Shown here one piece after another: positions 11,430-23,499 of a stretch of DNA of 64,000 bases. This DNA is from Guillardia theta CCMP2712 (lineage: Eukaryota; Protista; Cryptophyta). Every line of letters begins with the position of its first letter. Positions within the stretch are counted from its first letter, which is position 1. Where the stretch lies: positions 126,760-190,759 of the forward strand of contig NW_005434673.1 of NCBI RefSeq assembly GCF_000315625.1. Reading direction: 5' to 3'. The notes below the pieces were generated by a model, which did not search any database, was not told the origin of the DNA, and saw nothing but the letters and a program-made list of their open reading frames with translations. A program made the position numbers and the translations under genes.

Positions 11430-13199
11430 CTAGCTCAGTCTACTACTACTACCCCTGCTGAGAATTCCTCCGTCCTCCCTCTTCGCTTCGCCCTCCACGC
11501 AAAAACTTCCTTCACCCCTCCTGCGATCACTTCTTCGGTTTGAAGATGTTGTGTAGCACCTCCGCATTCTTCGCCTCATCCTGCCAGGAGTGTCAGCGGG
11601 AAACCAGCGGCAGTTGCTCAAGACCTCGGCCTTGCGCAGGGCAGCTTCTGCCTTGGCCCTCATCATGGTGCACTTGGAGCGATACGTCATGGTCTTGAGC
11701 CGGTGGGAAACTGCTCTCCTCTCAAATTTCTCCCCCAGCTGCATGACAGCCTGAGCCGCCTTCGACGTTCGATCCGCCTCGGCCTTGCAGAGATAGAGTG
11801 AGCTGGGGCAGAGGGTTGTATGGGGAGGGAGCGAGGGCGACCAAGACACAGGGACGCAAGAAGGAGGGGGAGGGAGAGAGGCAAGGAGAAGGAGAAAGAG
11901 AGGGAGAGGGAGAGGGAGAGTGACAAGGGAGATGGAGGGAGAGAGGGAGAACGAGAAGGGAGAGTGAGAGTGGGAGTGGGAGTGAGAGTGGGAGTGGGAT
12001 TGAGAGTGGGAGTGGGAGTGGGAGTGGGAGGAGGGAAAGGGGGGAGGGAGTGGGAGGGAGGGAGTGGGAGGGAGGGAGGGAGGGAGGGAGTGGGAGGGAG
12101 GGAGTGGGAGGGAGGGCTGATTTCACCCGTAGCTCATCCGCCTTGTTCTTATGCAGTGTGGCCTTCGAGAGGATGACGTGGGCCTGAGCGAGGATCTTCT
12201 TGGCCTTGTCCTCCTTCTCTGTAGCCTCGCGTCAGACCCTCTCACATCACAAGCACAAGGTCAAAGTAGCGCTCACTATCTCCCTCTGTCTTCTCCTTCT
12301 CCTTCTCCTTGCCGTGCGTAGTGGCATTGAGCTGACAAACAGCAGCAGGTCAGCAGAGGCGTCAGCGGAGGAGGATGAGTACCGCCTTCCCCTTGGAGAG
12401 CAACTTTGTGCCGGAGGTCATGAGATTTTGACCTGCTTCCTTGAGAGAAGATCCTTTCTTGTGAAGAGCTTCAAACCTGCCCGAAGCTCGTCAACCTCCT
12501 CTTTCCCCCTTCTATCCTCGTCACGTTTTCTGCTCGATGTTGGCGGCCCCGAGAAGCTCAGCTGCTCTCCCCTCCAGTGACGTCGCGGCTTCTTTCTGCG
12601 TTCTCGCGCGATTCTCCAGCCCATCGTCAGTATTCTGAAGAACTTCCGCTATCTTGCAAGTTCTTTTCGCTTTCGTGTCAAGGGACAACCCTTCATGGCT
12701 CTCCTCATCTGAAAGACTAATCACCAACGAGACATGACAACAGTCCTCAAGTGACATGTGTATGTTGTAATGAGTGCATTTGTGAGGACCCACCTGCATT
12801 CGCCTCCTCCTTCTTCGCGCGTTTCATGAGCTGCCGCATCTGTCGTGAGATTCTGTCTTGGAACTGGCTGTCTTCCTTGTCTAACATCTGCACATCCTGC
12901 GTTGACAAGACAACATCTGAGCCAGTGATCATGTCGGCATCGTTGAACGCCACAAGCGCAACTCCAAAGAGGAGCGCGACAAGCACAGCCCCGCAGACTC
13001 GGAGGGCGGAGCTGTCGCCTCGCAGAAAGGAACGACATGCTCTCTGCGCTGGCCTTGACGAGTCGTCTGAAGTCTGAATAAGAGAGGCTTGAGATGAGCA
13101 AGAGGAGGAGGAAGGGGAGGAGGAGGAAGAGGGGGAGGAAGAGGGGGATGATGATGGGGAGGACGCTGAAACCCCAGCGACTTGCTCCTGCATGGTCAT
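11430..13199 (-). CDS. Hypothetical type II membrane / coiled-coil protein (spliced, 3' end uncertain)
   Basis: TM VCGAVLVALLFGVALVAF followed by charged coiled-coil exons separated by short introns. Confidence 0.4.
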
Positions 13200-13214
13200 C
13201 AGGAATAGACACCC

Positions 13215-13277
13215 CACGTGACACCCCACGTGATGAGAGAATGAGGTCATGTGATAAGTCACATGTTATATCACGTG
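13215..13277. promoter_or_regulatory. E-box/G-box cluster in a probable bidirectional promoter
   Basis: CACGTG at 13215, 13227 and 13272, CATGTG at 13248, CACATG at 13260, between divergent ATGs at ~13199 (-) and 13339 (+). Confidence 0.45.
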
Positions 13278-13338
13278 ATGGACCTTGCAAATTCCAGGGG
13301 GGATGAGGCCCACGGGACGCACAAAAAGAAAGCATCGC

Positions 13339-16100
13339 ATGGCGCTCCTGCAGCTGCTCCTGCTCATGCTGGGATCAGAAGCAGCGATGTCCTCCCTTTC
13401 CTCCTCCTCCTCCTCCTCCTCCTCCTTGTCCTTGTCCTCCTCTCCCACATCTCATCCCTACTCTCCTTCTTTTTGTAATTTGGCCTTTGCATTGCCATCG
13501 GGTCGATCCCTGCTCCCTGCTCCTTGTGCAGCTGGCAGGTCTGGTTCAACAACATTCATGCCAGCTGCTCGATTCCTCACGCGGCATCAACATGTCTTGA
13601 GACCATGCATCTGCCGAACAAGGAGAGGATCGTTGATTCTCCCCGCCATGTCGGCAGCTCGTGGCGACGCGAACTTGGCAGAAGCAGCCAAGGCGCTAAC
13701 AACGTCAAGGTACATTGATGCTCATAATCTGCTTGAAGAAGCAAGGTTCGAGTATCTCAAGGCCGGAGTGACAGACAGGGACGAGCTCATCAAAGCCATC
13801 AGAAAGAGAATAGACGATGCTCTCAACGTCATGTGCTCTTCCAGTGACGCCAAACCAGCACAGCCGTCAGCATCTCAAGCTGCGCCACAGGCCGGGCCTC
13901 CCGGCATGGAGTTGAGTCAGAGATTGAGATTAGCGAAGCAAGAGGGCGACGATCTGATTAACCAGGCATCAAAGGCTCTCGGCAATCGCGAGTTCCTCAA
14001 AGCAAGGTCCCTTGCAGAGAAGGCCAGGGCATCCTTTCAAGCAGCTGGGTCGAGTGTTGCCCGCGAGAGGGAGAATATCGTTGGGAATCTGCTGTCGTAT
14101 ATTCAAGTGGAGGAGGAGAGAGTCGAAGCAAATCGAAGGAGAAAGCTGAAGCAGCAGAAGCAAGAAGAAGAGGTGTGATGATATTCTTGAAATGACCGGA
14201 CCGGTTCCACTGATGCCTTGACGCCCTTTCTCAAGGTCAAGCAAATGGCGAAGAGGGTTGAGGATGCCCTGGACTCATCACTGGCATTTCCCACAGATGG
14301 CGAGCAAGCCAAGACGGAGGAGCCAACGATTGAAAGTTCCCCAAAGCCAGACCTTTGCATCTTGGTGGACAACGGTTCCTCGAGGTGACGTTTGCAGTGA
14401 AAGTCACGTGGAGACTGAGAAGACTACAACTGAAACAGGGCTTCCTCCACGAAGCTGTTGCGCTCGATCGCAGAGAGATTGTCAAAGAGAACAGGTTGGT
14501 AGACAGATGTATTTCTTCATTTCTGATAACATTTCTAACTACATGTACAGGTGTTGATGTCACTGCGGTGTCTCTTGCACATGCAGATAAAACACCAGCT
14601 GAGGTATGAAGATGATATTCACTCCTCGACTTCCTTGCCTTTGTGTCTTTCATGATTATGCGGCACATAGGAACTTGATGGGACTCCTGCCAGAGTTTTT
14701 TCGACGTTCTTGCGGGAGGAAGTTCGGTAAGTGTGCTTGACCATTTATGGTTTTAGTTCAAGTATGACAAGGTATTCAGAGACCGAGACATCAAGACTAT
14801 TCTTGTGTTGCCGTTGTTTCTTGGGCCGAGCAAGGTAGAGTCCAAGATAGCAGCGGTGTACGTTTGCCCCCCCTGACGCGTCAAAAGGCCGTCACGAAGC
14901 GAATACCCGATATCCTCCAAGGGGTCAACGACGGTATTGCATGGCACTGGCAGAATCTTTTGTCCCGACTGATCGTTCCCCAAGAGATCAGCGAAATCAA
15001 GTGGTTCGTTGCGCCCCCTCTATGTCAAGACAACAGATTGGTAAGTCTTGAGCTCAACCCACGTCGGTTTTTACTGACGAGGCAAAAAGGTCTCCCTCAT
15101 GGAAACTGAAGTGCGTCGAACAATCGAGGAGAACTCGCTGGATAAGGAAAATCCCTACATCATACGCCCAAGTCTGACGTGCTTCACAGCCTCACGTGAT
15201 CGTTGTCGATCACGGATCCCCCTCGCCAGAAGTCGTCGCTGTCAGAGATTCTCTGGCTGATCGTCTTCGGTGCCACACTCTCTCTCCCTGCTGCTCCCTC
15301 CTCACCAAACTTACCAGAACTAGCATGATCACTGACGATTGTGTGTCCCAAGTTCACGCTGCGAGCATGGAAAGGTGACCGGAGCTCTACAAATCTTCCG
15401 ATTCTCACGCCATTGCAGGAGACCGGGACCCGAGTATGCATTTTGCGATCCTCTCTTGATCGATTGTATCCCTCAGGTGTAAGCTCCTCTTCTCCCTCGT
15501 CCCGTCACCCCCTTGCTCTCTGCTCCTTTTCCTCCCTCGTCTCCGTCTCGCCATCTTCTGTTTCTTCCTCTCCCTTACAACTTCAAACTCTTCACCCTGC
15601 TCCTGTCTCGTCTCTGTGTGAGCTCCGCATGCAGGTCGGCGGTGGGGACGGCGACATCGTGCTTTCCATGGCGTTCTTGCTGCCAGGCACACACGCAGGA
15701 GAAGGAGGAGACATCGACGAGATCTGCGAGAAGGCACTGATGGAGAGCGGGAGCAGGTGATCACTTCTCGAGCCAACTCACCATGATCAGTCACCCGTGC
15801 TCTGATATCAACGTTGGTAGGAGGAGAGTTTTCAAGACACGTCTGATGGGCGAGAGTGAGCTTCTCCTTGACATCTTGCATCGGCAGTATGAGATGGGCC
15901 TTCCCAAGCTCTTCCCTCTGAGAAATAAGTTGTGAATGAAGTTCTCTCTACCCCTCGCCCTCTCTATCTCAGAATTACATCCAGGGCACTCCATTACAAC
16001 CCATACCAGGCGTGGGATGGCAGTCCCGGTCGTGCAGAGCCTCTGCTCTCTTTACGTGATCCCTTGCAAAATATTCCTTCTCTCTACTCTCCGCTTCTCA
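13339..16100 (+). CDS. Probably plastid-targeted two-domain CbiX/SirB-like chelatase with an N-terminal helical extension (3' end uncertain)
   Basis: Signal peptide MALLQLLLLMLG, a Ser run and an AF motif. Exons carry ILVDNGSSR, LVLPLFLGPS, IVVDHGSPSPEV, AASMER and FLLPGTHAGEGGDIDEIC, typical of CbiX-family proteins. Confidence 0.75.
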
Positions 16101-16941
16101 CTGCTTCGCTCTCGTCTTTCACTCAACCTCCTCCCTCCTCCCTCCTCCTCCTCCCTCCTCCTCCTCCCCCCTCCCCCTTCCTCCTCCTCCTCCCTCCTCC
16201 TCCTCCCTCCTCGCTCGATGCTGCGAGTGGGGGGAACAAGGAAAGTTCTCTTGCGAGCTCGACGACGCGGGATGGCTGACCAGCAGCGTGCAAGGGAGTT
16301 GTCGACTGACGAGAGGAGGAAGAGCTCCATTGCCAATGCACCTCATCTACCATCTCTACCCCCTTGAACACTAATACAGTACCCCACCGTCATAACCCCT
16401 CCTTGTACTCACCCCCGTTGGACATGAGGAATGGACCCCTGTGTCCATCACCTACCCATCATAAACATGAAATCACTCTCAATAACCCCCACCCCCTGAT
16501 AAATACAAGTACCCCCCAAATTTGATCAGAGGATACCAATCCGACAACTTTTTCCTATTGATATGTTGGTAAAAGACCGGTACATTTCACACATTATGTG
16601 ACCCACCCATCTTTCTCTGGCTCCACCCCCGAAAAAGTACCCCACCCTGTTTCCAAAAACTTGTTGGAGATCGCTATGCGGCCAAGATGGGAAAGAAAGA
16701 GACTCTTTACTCAAAGAAAGGATGATGTGATGTGATGTGATGTGATATGATGTGATATGATGTGATATATGATATGAAGTTGGTAATGAAAGCTGCAGAA
16801 TATGTCGCGAACTATGCAGATCTTCGAGACGATAGGTCACGATGGGAGGTGCACAATAGAATTATTTGCTTTCAACATGTTGCACTTGCTCTCACAAGCA
16901 CTTGGTTGGGTATGTGACTCTGCATCTTGACGCAGCACACC

Positions 16942-18225
16942 ATGACCACTCGTCGAGTTCTGCTTCTCGATGGAATTTCTGTCTGCTTACTGGGTCAGCC
17001 TTCCGTCAAGTCCTTGTCAGATGCTAACTCCCGTTGAACTCTCAGCCCTCTCTCTAGGGTCAGGGTCAGCAAACATCTTCCTGTGTAATGATGGGAATGT
17101 TTGGAATAAGCAAGCATGCGACAAAGTTCTTCGGCTGAGAGGAGGAGTGATGTGGGTTGGCGGAGGAAAGACTTTCAACAGGTGTCCTCCCTCACTTTTT
17201 CTCGCCCTCCTCTCTTTCCTGACCCCCTCCATCCTCCCTCCTCGCCACCTCCCTCCCGTATCCTCTGCTTGTGGCCCTTCTTGCTGCCAGCCCCCTGTAG
17301 CCAGTTATGTTGGTCTCACTTGCTCATGTTGATGTGCAGGACTCACGACCCATCGGCAAGTCCGGAAGACGTCGAAGACACGTTTGCTCCTCTGAGATCG
17401 AGGTCAGTAGAGCTCTGCTTCTGACGTGTCTTGAAGTTGTGTCGACGAGGTTCGACCTCTGATGCAAGTTTGCTAGGTCCGAGAGCGCGAATCGTATCAA
17501 GCAGCTGGTGCAGAAGTATGGATCAAAATATCGAACGAATGAGGTAGCGAGAGGCAGAGCGATGGATAGGGGAGAAAGCGCGAGAAGGGGAGGTCAAGGA
17601 GGGAGGGAGGGAGGGAGGGAGGGAGGGAGGGAGGGACAGCATGCAGTAAGTGCTTGTTTGTCTCAGATTGTCAGTCTTGAAGAAGAAGCAAAATATCTGA
17701 TCCGAGCACAAAAGCTTCTGCGAGTGCAGGTGAGTTTGTTTGTATTTCCGTCTCGTTCTCACTTTGAGAGGGTGCGACAACCATGACCATTGTTGTCTAC
17801 AGTCGCTTTCTGTGGAGTTCAGTGCTGCGAGCCAGTTTCAGGTGAGAGAGGAAATGAAGAGTGCGGGGAAGGGTACCTGGGCAGGATCTGGTGGAGGAGG
17901 GGAAGGGAGTGGTGGGGAGAAAATACGTCAAATGCAAATGATGCTGTGATTCTGCAATGCATTCCAGAGTTATGTGGTTGGAGATCTGTCTTTCAAGAGT
18001 CACAGGTAGGCTACAAATATGGAATTGCAGAGAGAATATGAGTTTTGTGCGATGAAGGGTTGGATACATGTTTGGGCATGTCGACAAGAACAGGAACGGT
18101 GAGGCACTCGCTCAAATGGTTGCTGAGAATCTAATTGGTTTCCTTCAAGTGTTCTGCGATGTCATCTATGAGCCTCCACAGCGAGGAGACGAGGAAGCTT
18201 ACAACCTGACGGAGGTGACGGCGAT

Positions 18226-18260
<35 letters not shown>

Positions 18261-20085
18261 TGACGATGGTGGTGGTGGTGGTGGTGGTGGTGGTGGTGGT
18301 GGTGGTGGTGGTGATGATGATGATGATAGAGATCTGATTTGGATCGTGCTTTCATTTTAGTTCAAGCTGAGAGAAATTTGTTCAGGTGGATCCCGATGAA
18401 GAAAAAGTTGAGCGTCTTGCGTCATTGCTGGGGATGCGGATGGTGAGAAGATGACACTATGAAGAGGAGAGGGGAGGAGGGGAGAAGGAGGAGGAATCTT
18501 GGCAAGCGAAGAAGAGAATTTGACGATGATGATACCAGGTTGGGATGGTTTTCTCTGTCAAACCTCGCAAGTCAATTTTTAGTAGTCAGGTACTTCGACC
18601 TTCCTTCCCTCCTAACTTCCCCTCTCTCCCCTCACCTCCCCAATTGCCTTGCTGCTCCTGCCTCCTCCTATCCTTTCTGGTGCTCTGACCATTACACTCC
18701 TCCGATGTCTTTGCGTCCTTCCTTGAATCTACTTCTCCTTCTGTTTGACACGCTTGTGATACTCCAGGACGTCATGCTGGCATGCTCGCTACAACACAAG
18801 GTGACGTTGACAGGGAAAACAAGGGCGAGAAGGAGGAAAGGAGGTGGAGAGCGGAGGTGGGGGTGGATTGGGCGTTAGGCGATAGCGGATAAACTTCAGG
18901 GGAAGGAGGAGGAAGGTTATGAAGTCTGCCTCACATTGATATAGATGGAGAAGAAACATGGATACGACTTTGCGAGCTCCATGGTGTCGGCGGTGATCAC
19001 TCGAAATGGTGCGAGGAGGAGGAGGAGGAGGAGGAGGAGGAGGAGGAGGAGGAGGAGGAGGAGGAGGGGGGGGGGATGATGGTGGGGGTGGTGGTGGTGG
19101 AGGAGGAGGAGTGAAGCGCGTGCAGAGACAACGGACTCTATCGTCTTCGAAGCATATCAGATCAGCGATCTCTGTCTAGACATGTACCGCAGGGACATCT
19201 TGGTCCCTCCCAACAACCCCAACAGAGGATACACAAGTATGATTTGTGGAGCTACTTGTTATGCGTGAGACGTCAACATGTTCAAACATGTCACTGTGTT
19301 GATGCTTTCTGTGTTGTCGTTCTTCCTTGATATGAAATGCCCCAGGAACTGTCCAAGATGTGCTTGTAGAGCGGAAAGACACACAGAAGGTGATGCCGAC
19401 GACGATGATAGACTTCTACTCATCTTCTATCAGGTCGACAACGACTTCTTTATCAACACCGGTGACTTGTCTTGCATTTCTTGCTCCTTTCTGAACATGA
19501 TCCTGCCAACAGTTCCAATCAAGACGCACAATTCTGAGATTTGGGGAAACCGTGAAGTGAGTCACTACTCATTTTCTATCCCCTTTCATCTTCCTTCCAT
19601 CTTCCTCCTGTCGTTGCTATCACTCTCCCCCTCTCCCCTCCCCCCTCCCAGTCTCCGTCACTGATCTCGAGCTCACGTTTCGCTTCCAGGCTTTCTTCCC
19701 TGTCAAGAACCGACCGGGACAAGTACCTTGACATGTCTCAATGCAACATGCACCTGTGACGAGCTGGCAGGATCAGAACAGGATGGAAGTGAAACACATC
19801 CTGCTGTCCCACGAGGAGGTGCCCTTCTGCATCAGAGTAAGAACGCAACGCTACTCCGTCGTGCTCATGCTAACTCCGTCTGCAGATGCGCGACTTTCAC
19901 ATGCTCCTCTACCTGTCGAACATGTTGGATCCTCTTACAGACCTTCCTATCATCTGCAAGGTGAGGGTTAACCTCTGACATCTTGTCCCGCTTTCCCCCT
20001 GACTTGTTCATAGTCGGTCAGGGAGGACGTTGAGCTGCAGCAAGGACATATCGAGCTAGTCAAATCCATTGCCTACATGAAGTGA
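16942..20085 (+). CDS. NPL4: NPL4-like protein with N-terminal signal peptide and LRLRGG leader (multi-exon)
   Basis: Exons VGYMFG, DVIYEPPQRG, VERLASLLGMRM, EAYQISD, VDNDFFI, FFPVKNR, DFHMLLYL; stop at 20083-20085. Confidence 0.85.
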
Positions 20086-20381
20086 AACTGACGAGGTTCT
20101 GCGCTATGTGTCCTTCGCTCCTCCTCAGGTCGGGAAGGAATGTGGAGGACTTGCCAATGAAAAAGCAGGGAGGACCCACGAGGGTTCTCATGTGTTAAAA
20201 AACACATGAGAACCTACGCCCGATGCCTAGTGCAAGCAACGGAGCTGATCGCTACACTTCAACGTCGTTCAAAGTTCTCAACCATTTACAAAGAGTAGAC
20301 GGGATAGCCTGAACAAGCTGAGCTATAGACTTGTGACTGACTAACGGATCTTCCACTGTTCTACATGTCTGGAAAATTTGA

Positions 20382-21029
20382 TCACTGCAAACAACTTGTT
20401 AAACCCACAACCAAGCTTGTATGCAAACGAGATTACCTCAGTATTCGAAGCAGCCTTCTCTCCATCCTCTTCCTCCTCTTCCTTCTTTCCATCCAGTCCC
20501 TCGATGGCTGGCAAACAAATCACCATCCCCAGATTGCAAGGGCAGTCACTTACGTCCATCATCCTCATCCTCGTCGTCAGAGTCAAACCCTCCTGCTCCT
20601 GCTCCTCCGAAGTCAAACTTATCAAATCCGCTCATATCCAGATCGCCCTGTCACCACCCGCAGACGGTCAAATGGAAGCGCAAGATTACAATACATTACA
20701 TCGCGAGCCTCATCTTCGTCTTTCCACTTGTCCCAGTCGACTTTGAGCGTATGGATCTTTTTCCCCTTGTGCAAGGTGTCCCAATAATCCCCAACTTCCT
20801 TCCTCATGAAGACGAAAGCAACGTCACGAGCTCCAACCTTCCATGAGCTCTGCTTTGGATCAACTGTACCGAAGAAATCCAAACTCAACTCATGATCTTC
20901 ACTCTTGAATGTGAACGAAGTCTCGGTAACATTGATGGTTGTCTTATTTGGATCAAGGTTTGGAATGTTGATAGTGAACAAAATCTTATCGTTTCTCTGG
21001 GCCCATTTGCAATCTGGCAATTTGGACAT
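20382..21029 (-). CDS. p23/Sba1 Hsp90 co-chaperone (CS domain)
   Basis: PDCKWAQR...YWDTLHK...LKVDWDKWKDEDE, followed by a spliced acidic/Gly tail (GDLDMSGFDKFDFGGAGAGGFDSDDEDE). Confidence 0.92.
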
Positions 21030-23499
21030 GATGTAGCTGAGGAAAGAGTAGTCAGAGCATTATCCAATCAGGGCCTTCTCCATTATATCGCCACTTTTCA
21101 GGTAAATGAATTCTTCAAACATCAAGGTTCTATGATTACTGCTATTCCTCCTCATCTTTTGAATTCTTCCAACATAATTCAACTCGGTTAATTCCCACTG
21201 ATCCATTATCACAGCTTCACAACCACTTCAAAGAGTTGCAACATTTCCTCTAAATCCTGCACAACCTCCAAGTATCCTTCAAAGAACCAAATAATCTTGT
21301 GTAATATCACTGTGGTACATCAGATCAATCCTGCTGTTTCAATATGGTGATTCATATTCTGTACGATAAAAATACATCATTCTACTCTTCTTCACGATGG
21401 ACCTCCTAATCCCACGTTCTTTCGAAAATTCCACGTCCCTTCGAGAGCTAGCTACCTTGTAAACAAATCATGAATCTTCCCATGATCCGTCCGCCAGTAA
21501 AATTTCCCTCAAGACATAATCCTGCAACATCTCGTCTCCATCTAAACAAAGCAATGTGCTCGCATCAACTTCCATCTGTTGTGAAGATGCCTCAATTCTG
21601 TACGTTTCGTTCTGTCTTCTGTTTTCTACCACTGACCATCAAACTGTTTCTGATTCTCAACACATTAAATCTCCAGGCCTTCTTATCTCTGGTCAAGTCT
21701 CGCCTCATTTTTTCACTCATGCATCAACTGCCGTGCATTGTCCCGCTATCCCTATGACACAAATTGCCCACCACAACTCTCTGAATCTCACGGGAAGATT
21801 GAAGTAGCACTCATCCGATGTCAAAAGGTTCAAGAGTCTTCATGGTCAGATCGAGTCCTCCTCCTCCTCATCCCTTTCCTCAGTCCCCTTCCATCCCACG
21901 CTCCCTCCCCTGCGCCATTCCAAAGGAATTTCGCCGCCCATACACCCGTACTACCCCACCACACTAAGAAACTTGTACCGTACCCCCTCACGTCTTTATC
22001 ACCCCTACCCACCCCTTTTTAGGACATGTGGTCATTCCTTCAGAACATTCTTATATCCACCCTACGTATCATCATTCTCATATGATCTTAAGACTCTAAT
22101 GCACCTTCCAGGCTCAAAAAGGTACCACCCCTCGAAAATATTCATTTTTCCTTTCTATCCCCTCATTTGTGTACCCCCACCCCCTTTTCCAATGACACTG
22201 ACCAACCCCACCCTCATACATCCGGTTGGAAGACACCTGTTTCTAAAATACACATTTTAGTCCTCGTACAGAAAAACCTAGAACATCAATACACTTTAAA
22301 ACAATTTTAGATATCTCTCGTACATGATTTGGTCACTGAACTTTTAGATTTGTACTCAGATTGAGCGAGATAAATTTTTACAATGGGTGTTCTCAAGTCG
22401 ATAAGACCGGGTCATAGCATCATTCGACGGACCTAAACCCATATATAGGACTCCGATATGACCCTACTTTGGACACTAGAAGAATAATGTTATGAGCCTC
22501 GAAAGTCTCGGTCACTGAGTCACTTCACTTCCTTTTGAGTTTCAGGCCCCGATGGACCTCCGATTTTACCCTCATCCCCTCTCGTAATTTTTAGTTAAGT
22601 GTGAGTCAGCGTGCGCCCTCCTAAAAGTGGCGAAAATGTTGGCAAAAAGCGAGGGGAGAGGAGAGGAAGGAAGGGAGGAGAGGAGGAGAGCATGGCAAGA
22701 TAGGAGAGGATAGCAGTGAGAGGGAAGGAAGTCAAGGAAAGAGGGGTGGATGAGAGAATGGTAAGCGATAATGAGACGAGAGGAGGAAAGGAGGAGAGGA
22801 GAGGAGAGGAGAGGAGGACAGGATGAAGGAGAGGATAGAAGGATGAAGAGCGGGGATGAGGTTAGGGTGATTAAATTATGGAAAGAGAATGAGGTGAAGA
22901 GGATATTTGAGACGGACATGAAAAGTGCAATCAAAGGCGATTAGCTCGCGAAGAGAGACGTAGAGAGCAAGAACCTGCTCCCTCTCTTTCGCATCCGCAA
23001 GGAAGGGAATGGATGCGCAAGGAAGGGAATGATGAGAGCAGGAGATGGATTGAATGTGGAGGGATACTGGTAGATAAAGAGACAGGGTGGTTGCAAGTTG
23101 ATATTGGCTAGATAATCCATTCCCTCTTATTTGTCGCCCCCTTTGCGTCTCGTTTCTTATTCTTCCGTTTCTTTGCTGTCAGGACACCACAAGGCTATGC
23201 ACAAAGATAGGAAAGTGGGGGAAAGACAGTTGTGCTCGTGAGTACTTGGACAACCCTCGCGTTCAGAATGTCCGCTTCACCGTGCATCAAAGGTAACTTC
23301 AGCTATTCAACTACTTCCAGTTTGATCCCATGGGCAGCTTCTTTGAAATGCCTTGTTCTCTTTCATCTGATGGTCAACTTGGGGGCAGTACATGATGAGA
23401 TGGTAAGTGACGACTCTTGCTTCTTCTGTCTTCCGATTTTCAACTCGCTGCATTTGTGTCTGAACATTCCTTGCTCCACTTGCTGAGCTTCGTCCACAG

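Noticed and set aside
11820-12126. Low-complexity ORFs over (GGGA)n/(GGGAGT)n and similar tracts (also ~18220-18330, 44000-44140, 46170-46300, 55140-55260)
   Set aside because: Microsatellite-filled introns or intergenic DNA, not proteins.
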